A program made the translations under genes and the position numbers. DNA of 64,000 bases, taken from the IMG/VR virus record IMGVR_UViG_3300005965_000002, positions 186,001 through 250,000 of that record; one strand, written 5' to 3'. The notes beneath the pieces were generated by a model, which saw only the letters and a list, made by a program, of their open reading frames with translations, searched no databases and was not told the origin of the DNA. Below are positions 60,121 through 64,000 of this stretch, in pieces. Numbering within the stretch: position 1 is the stretch's first letter; every line of letters begins with the position of its first letter.

Positions 60121-63100
60121 ATGCCGAAGATGGATATGGGATTAGCTACCAGGGAATTAGATATGTTTGTGGATGATAATGTCAAAGATATTATTGACCT
60201 ACATCCATGGATGCAAGACAAAGAATTTAAGTTATTGACTGATAGAAAAGAGATAGAAAATTATATCTATAGCTTAATAGAGAATGGTATCGCTGCTCTA
60301 GATCTTGAAACCACATCGTTGAACACTCGGGTAATAGACGGTGAGATCGTCGCCAAGCTTGTCGGTATTTGTTTAGCCCCAAGCGCTAACGAATCCGCTT
60401 ACATACCTGTAGGGCACGAGGGATATGATGATAATGTCTCCTATGAATTTGCTGTCCATATGCTTAAGCTCCTCTGTCTATCCGATTGCCGTTTAATATT
60501 CCATAATTTTAAATATGACGGACAAGTTCTGTACAATCACGGCATCAAGATGCTTGATCCTGATCAGATAGAGGATACGCTGCTGATGGCTGCGGTCGAA
60601 GATGCTTCACGAAAAAATAAACGTCTGAAGTACCTATCTGAGCATCTTTTGGGAAGGCCCATGCTTGAGATAAGTAACCTGGGTGTAGAAGGGTCAAAGA
60701 AAAAAGTAGTAAGTTTTACCGATGTATCGCCTAAAAAAGCGGTTATATACGGCGGCTCTGATGCTATGAATACGTTCGCCCTATATGAGTATTTAGCTAA
60801 GAGCTTAAATAAGCAGGACCCGAATGGGGCTGGAGGCCCCTGGCTCGTATACAACAAGATTGAGAAAAGAGCCGTGTTTCCGGTGATGGAGATGGAGCGC
60901 AATCTTGTAAAAATGAACAGGAAAAAATTAGAGGCAATTCGTGATGAGATACATCTAAAGGTAAAAGACTGTGTTACTAATATCTATAAGTTAGCTGGTA
61001 GAGAATTTGATATAGCTAGCGGCAAACAGTTAGGTGAAGTTCTTTTCGATGAAATGGGTGTAAGATACCCGGAAAAAGAAAAGAACGATAACGGTACGTA
61101 TAAGACCGACGAAAAGACTTTAGAGAAGATTAAAGATGAGTCCCCGCTAGTACAATACATTTTAAACTACCGGTCCTACCAAAAAACCCTTTCCACCTAT
61201 GTGAATAACTTCCTCAAAAACATGGATAGTAATGATGAGGTGAAATTTCAGTTGAATCAGGTACAAGCGGATACTGGAAGATTTTCAGCCTCAGGTGGAG
61301 CAGGTTTGGAAAAGGACGGTTATTCAGGGGTGAATTGTCAGAATATTAGTACCTATAATAAGAAGGACCCCACCTCATTTGATCTTAGAGATTGTGTGGA
61401 AGCGCATGAAGGCTATAAGATTGTTGCTATCGACTACAGCGGAGAGGAACTGCGTATAGCCACAAACTTGTCAAAGGAGCCAAAATGGGTAGATGAGTTT
61501 AATAACGGTACCGGCGATATCCATACTATTACTGGCAGGGCTATTCATGGAAGAGAAAATATTACAAAAGCAGAACGTTCGACTGGAAAAGTCTTAAACT
61601 TCCTCACATTGTATGGCGGAGGAGCGCTAGGATTTTCCCAGCAGGCAAAAATTCCATTAGAGACTGCTAAAAAAATGCAGTATAATTTCTTCAAAAGTCT
61701 GCCCGGCTTGAAAAAATGGATAGATCTTGAAGCCGCTAGATCTAGAAAAAGAGGTTATAGTAAAACGGCCTTTGGTAGAAGAAGGAATCTTAGTTTTTTC
61801 TACGAATCAACAGATCGGTATACAAAATCCCAGGGAGATAGAAGAGCAGTCAATAGTGCCGTCCAAGGATGCCTACAACCACATGAGAGGTGTTTAACTA
61901 ATAAAGGCTATTTGCCTATAGCTGAAATTCAGAGAAGGCTATCTATAGGACAACCTTTAAAAGTATGGACAGGTACTTCTTGGGAAGATTTTACAGTGCT
62001 TAATAGAGGTGAGTGCCAGTGGGCCCAGATTAAGTTAATAAATGGTATGGTTCTGGATTGTGACACACGCCATGAAGTTTTAACTGTAGGTAAAAATGGA
62101 TATGAATTTAAAAAATACGAGGATTTAGATGAGACTACTAATATCTGTGTCTCCGCACCGAATTGCCTGGAATTTGGTGAAATACCGGAAAAAAAGAAAT
62201 TTAGCGGGGGGAGTGCACATAACTCAAAAGATATCAGGTTAAAAGATAAAAAAGATTTTGAATTTATTTCCTTTTTTATGGGGATTTTAATTGGAGACGG
62301 AAATACTCGCGGTTTTATAGATGGAAACAAATGCTCTACTACAATTTCTTTTGGAAGAAATAAAATAGAAGAATATTATCGAGTACTTCAAGAAGGATTT
62401 ACCCGTATAGGAGTTACTCTTGCCCCTTACCGAAAAACTAAGGAAGCTAAAGGAGAAAGTTATCAAGCAGATATTTCTTCTAAAGCTTTAATTGAATTGT
62501 TAAAATATTACGGATATAATCAGGCTAATTCAAAGACTAAGAGAGTTCCTACGCTATTGTATGAGTGCCCGGTATTTATGAGACGTGCTTTTATCAAGGG
62601 ATGTTTATTATCAGATGGTAGCAGAAGCGCTAAGAATAGATATGGTATACATAATAAAAATGAAAAATTATTACTGGATATACAGCTTTTAGCTTGGACT
62701 ATCGGATTAGCTTCTTATGTAAAAAATAGAAAAGACGGTAGTTCAATTTTGCTGTGGTCGGATCTCTCTTTGGTTGAGGAGACCTTTGGTTTAAGTGTAA
62801 GAAAAAGAAAAACGGGGGGATCAATGTTACTCCCAGGTTTTCTTTATGATGAAGTTTATGATTTATTGAAAGATAAGGACTATGCTAAAGTTAATAGTGA
62901 CAAGGCACTTGTAAGTCATATAAAAAATAAGAAAAAAATACTTGTTCCTACTGTAATTAAACTATTAAAAAAGTATAATTGTGAATTGCCAACAATTTAT
63001 TACCATTATCCTTTAGAAATAAAGAACCAAATAGATACAATATCTAATACTTATACTTTATCAGTAAAATCTCCTTTACATAGATTTGACTCAGCTGGGA

Positions 63101-64000
63101 TTATAAGTAAAAATACAGGGGCTGACGTTATTAAAATAGCATTATATCGCGTCTGGAAGTGGATCTATGATAATGGATATGAGAATGAAGTGAAGATACT
63201 CATGCCCGTCCACGATGAAATTGTATTTGAGTTGAAGGGTGAATGGGAAAAGCTTGATTATTATATCCCGGAATTAGTTAGAATCATGAAGCTGGATGAC
63301 CTGGTGGAAAAATTAGGTTGGGATGTGCGCTTTGAACTCGATGCTGAATTTGGAGATACTTGGAAAGTGGAATACGACTATTACAAGATAAAAGCGGGGA
63401 AACAAGAATACGGCCCTGCTAAAGATGCAGAACAGAATGAAGAATTTATATCAGATGAGATAAAAAATGAAAACACAATTGAAAATATGTCTTCAAACTT
63501 TAACCCCTCTGAGGAAGGAAAGGAGAATACTTCAGAGGAAGTATCGGAAAAAATAACCGCTGCAGAAAAACTTACCGTAAGTCAGCCAGTACAAAAATTG
63601 CCTCAGGAAGAATATGAAGCTCACCCGATTACACTAAATGATTCTACAGTGCACCATTTTGTGGTAACTATAAGAGATCAAATTAATAAAAAAGCAAACG
63701 ACTCGGGAAAAAGTACGGATCTACTTGATAACTTAGAAAAAGAAACAGATAAGGCTGAAATATCTAACGGTTCAAATTTATTAGACCGCTTGGATGACGA
63801 TGACTACTTCGTCTATCCAATATCAAAAAACAAGTTAGATTTTGTAATTTCAGAGCAGTTTGCTACGGTATTAAGGTTATTAGTGCATGGAAACGATGTG
63901 TTTGTAGGCCCTAAAAAGAGAATAAAATTGAAGCTCCCGGATGGACAGGTAGCCTATGTTTGTAGAAAAAAAGTATCAATCGATGCGTTCGTTTTTGCAT
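60121..64000 (+). CDS. polA: Family A DNA polymerase with 3'-5' exonuclease, intein and C-terminal extension (3' truncated, missing from ORF track)
   Basis: Manual translation from ATG 60121 (AAGGAG upstream) has no stop to the window end. ExoI ALDLETT, ExoII FHNFKYD, ExoIII YGGSD, motif A DYSGEELR, motif B RSTGKVLNFLTLYG, motif C VHDE. Confidence 0.93.
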   Translation, partial: MPKMDMGLATRELDMFVDDNVKDIIDLHPWMQDKEFKLLTDRKEIENYIYSLIENGIAALDLETTSLNTRVIDGEIVAKLVGICLAPSANESAYIPVGHEGYDDNVSYEFAVHMLKLLCLSDCRLIFHNFKYDGQVLYNHGIKMLDPDQIEDTLLMAAVEDASRKNKRLKYLSEHLLGRPMLEISNLGVEGSKKKVVSFTDVSPKKAVIYGGSDAMNTFALYEYLAKSLNKQDPNGAGGPWLVYNKIEKRAVFPVMEMERNLVKMNRKKLEAIRDEIHLKVKDCVTNIYKLAGREFDIASGKQLGEVLFDEMGVRYPEKEKNDNGTYKTDEKTLEKIKDESPLVQYILNYRSYQKTLSTYVNNFLKNMDSNDEVKFQLNQVQADTGRFSASGGAGLEKDGYSGVNCQNISTYNKKDPTSFDLRDCVEAHEGYKIVAIDYSGEELRIATNLSKEPKWVDEFNNGTGDIHTITGRAIHGRENITKAERSTGKVLNFLTLYGGGALGFSQQAKIPLETAKKMQYNFFKSLPGLKKWIDLEAARSRKRGYSKTAFGRRRNLSFFYESTDRYTKSQGDRRAVNSAVQGCLQPHERCLTNKGYLPIAEIQRRLSIGQPLKVWTGTSWEDFTVLNRGECQWAQIKLINGMVLDCDTRHEVLTVGKNGYEFKKYEDLDETTNICVSAPNCLEFGEIPEKKKFSGGSAHNSKDIRLKDKKDFEFISFFMGILIGDGNTRGFIDGNKCSTTISFGRNKIEEYYRVLQEGFTRIGVTLAPYRKTKEAKGESYQADISSKALIELLKYYGYNQANSKTKRVPTLLYECPVFMRRAFIKGCLLSDGSRSAKNRYGIHNKNEKLLLDIQLLAWTIGLASYVKNRKDGSSILLWSDLSLVEETFGLSVRKRKTGGSMLLPGFLYDEVYDLLKDKDYAKVNSDKALVSHIKNKKKILVPTVIKLLKKYNCELPTIYYHYPLEIKNQIDTISNTYTLSVKSPLHRFDSAGIISKNTGADVIKIALYRVWKWIYDNGYENEVKILMPVHDEIVFELKGEWEKLDYYIPELVRIMKLDDLVEKLGWDVRFELDAEFGDTWKVEYDYYKIKAGKQEYGPAKDAEQNEEFISDEIKNENTIENMSSNFNPSEEGKENTSEEVSEKITAAEKLTVSQPVQKLPQEEYEAHPITLNDSTVHHFVVTIRDQINKKANDSGKSTDLLDNLEKETDKAEISNGSNLLDRLDDDDYFVYPISKNKLDFVISEQFATVLRLLVHGNDVFVGPKKRIKLKLPDGQVAYVCRKKVSIDAFVFA
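61870..63114 (+). mobile_element. Intein with LAGLIDADG homing endonuclease in polA (415 aa)
   Basis: Interrupts NSAVQG/TGADVIK. Begins CLQPHERCLT and ends HRFDSAGIISKN before Thr. Endonuclease motifs FMGILIGDG and AFIKGCLLSDG. Confidence 0.93.

Noticed and set aside
60118-60123. In-frame TAG-ATG junction between the primase zinc finger and polA suggesting amber readthrough or recoding
   Set aside because: polA has its own AAGGAG SD, and all long genes are intact in the standard code, so there is no sign of TAG reassignment.
749-62330. Numerous 60-133 aa minus-strand and alternate-frame ORFs in the track
   Set aside because: All lie inside long plus-strand genes with clear motifs and show no recognisable domain or SD. 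They are treated as shadow ORFs; only the 13110/13143 ORF has positional support.
1-64000. CRISPR array, tRNA or rRNA genes
   Set aside because: No intergenic gap is long enough for an array, and no cloverleaf-like or rRNA-like sequence was noticed. The repeats present are protein-coding.

Overview
This window is an almost gap-free, all-plus-strand segment of a large (jumbo-type) contractile-tailed dsDNA bacteriophage genome, read in the standard code with mostly TAA stops, Shine-Dalgarno-like sites and many TAATG/ATGA gene overlaps. From 1 to ~55.4 kb it is a virion baseplate/fibre region: probable hub C-terminus, gp5/gpV-like central spike, a small three-repeat protein, a 3221-aa mosaic protein, gp25-like, baseplate J-like and gpI-like wedge genes, two paralogous fibre/wedge proteins and a tail fibre. 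Between the J-like and I-like genes lies a ~19 kb accessory cassette (25147-44293). It encodes three paralogous Thr-rich collagen-like proteins, about 21 PKD domains, PMP-like beta-helix adhesins without signal peptides, a recurring W[DN]x4GPW[RK] module, a LamG-like domain apparently split over two genes, and a GT2-like glycosyltransferase. A 15-bp motif (TAATWATCTANTAAT-like) precedes five structural genes and is a candidate late promoter. From 55.5 kb to the end is a replication module: SNF2 helicase, a degenerate DnaC-like loader, DnaB helicase, a stand-alone primase zinc finger and a family A DNA polymerase. The polymerase is absent from the ORF track because it runs off the window; it carries a LAGLIDADG intein and a long C-terminal extension. 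No tRNA, rRNA, CRISPR array or reverse transcriptase was seen. All domain calls are by-eye motif recognition, not database searches.
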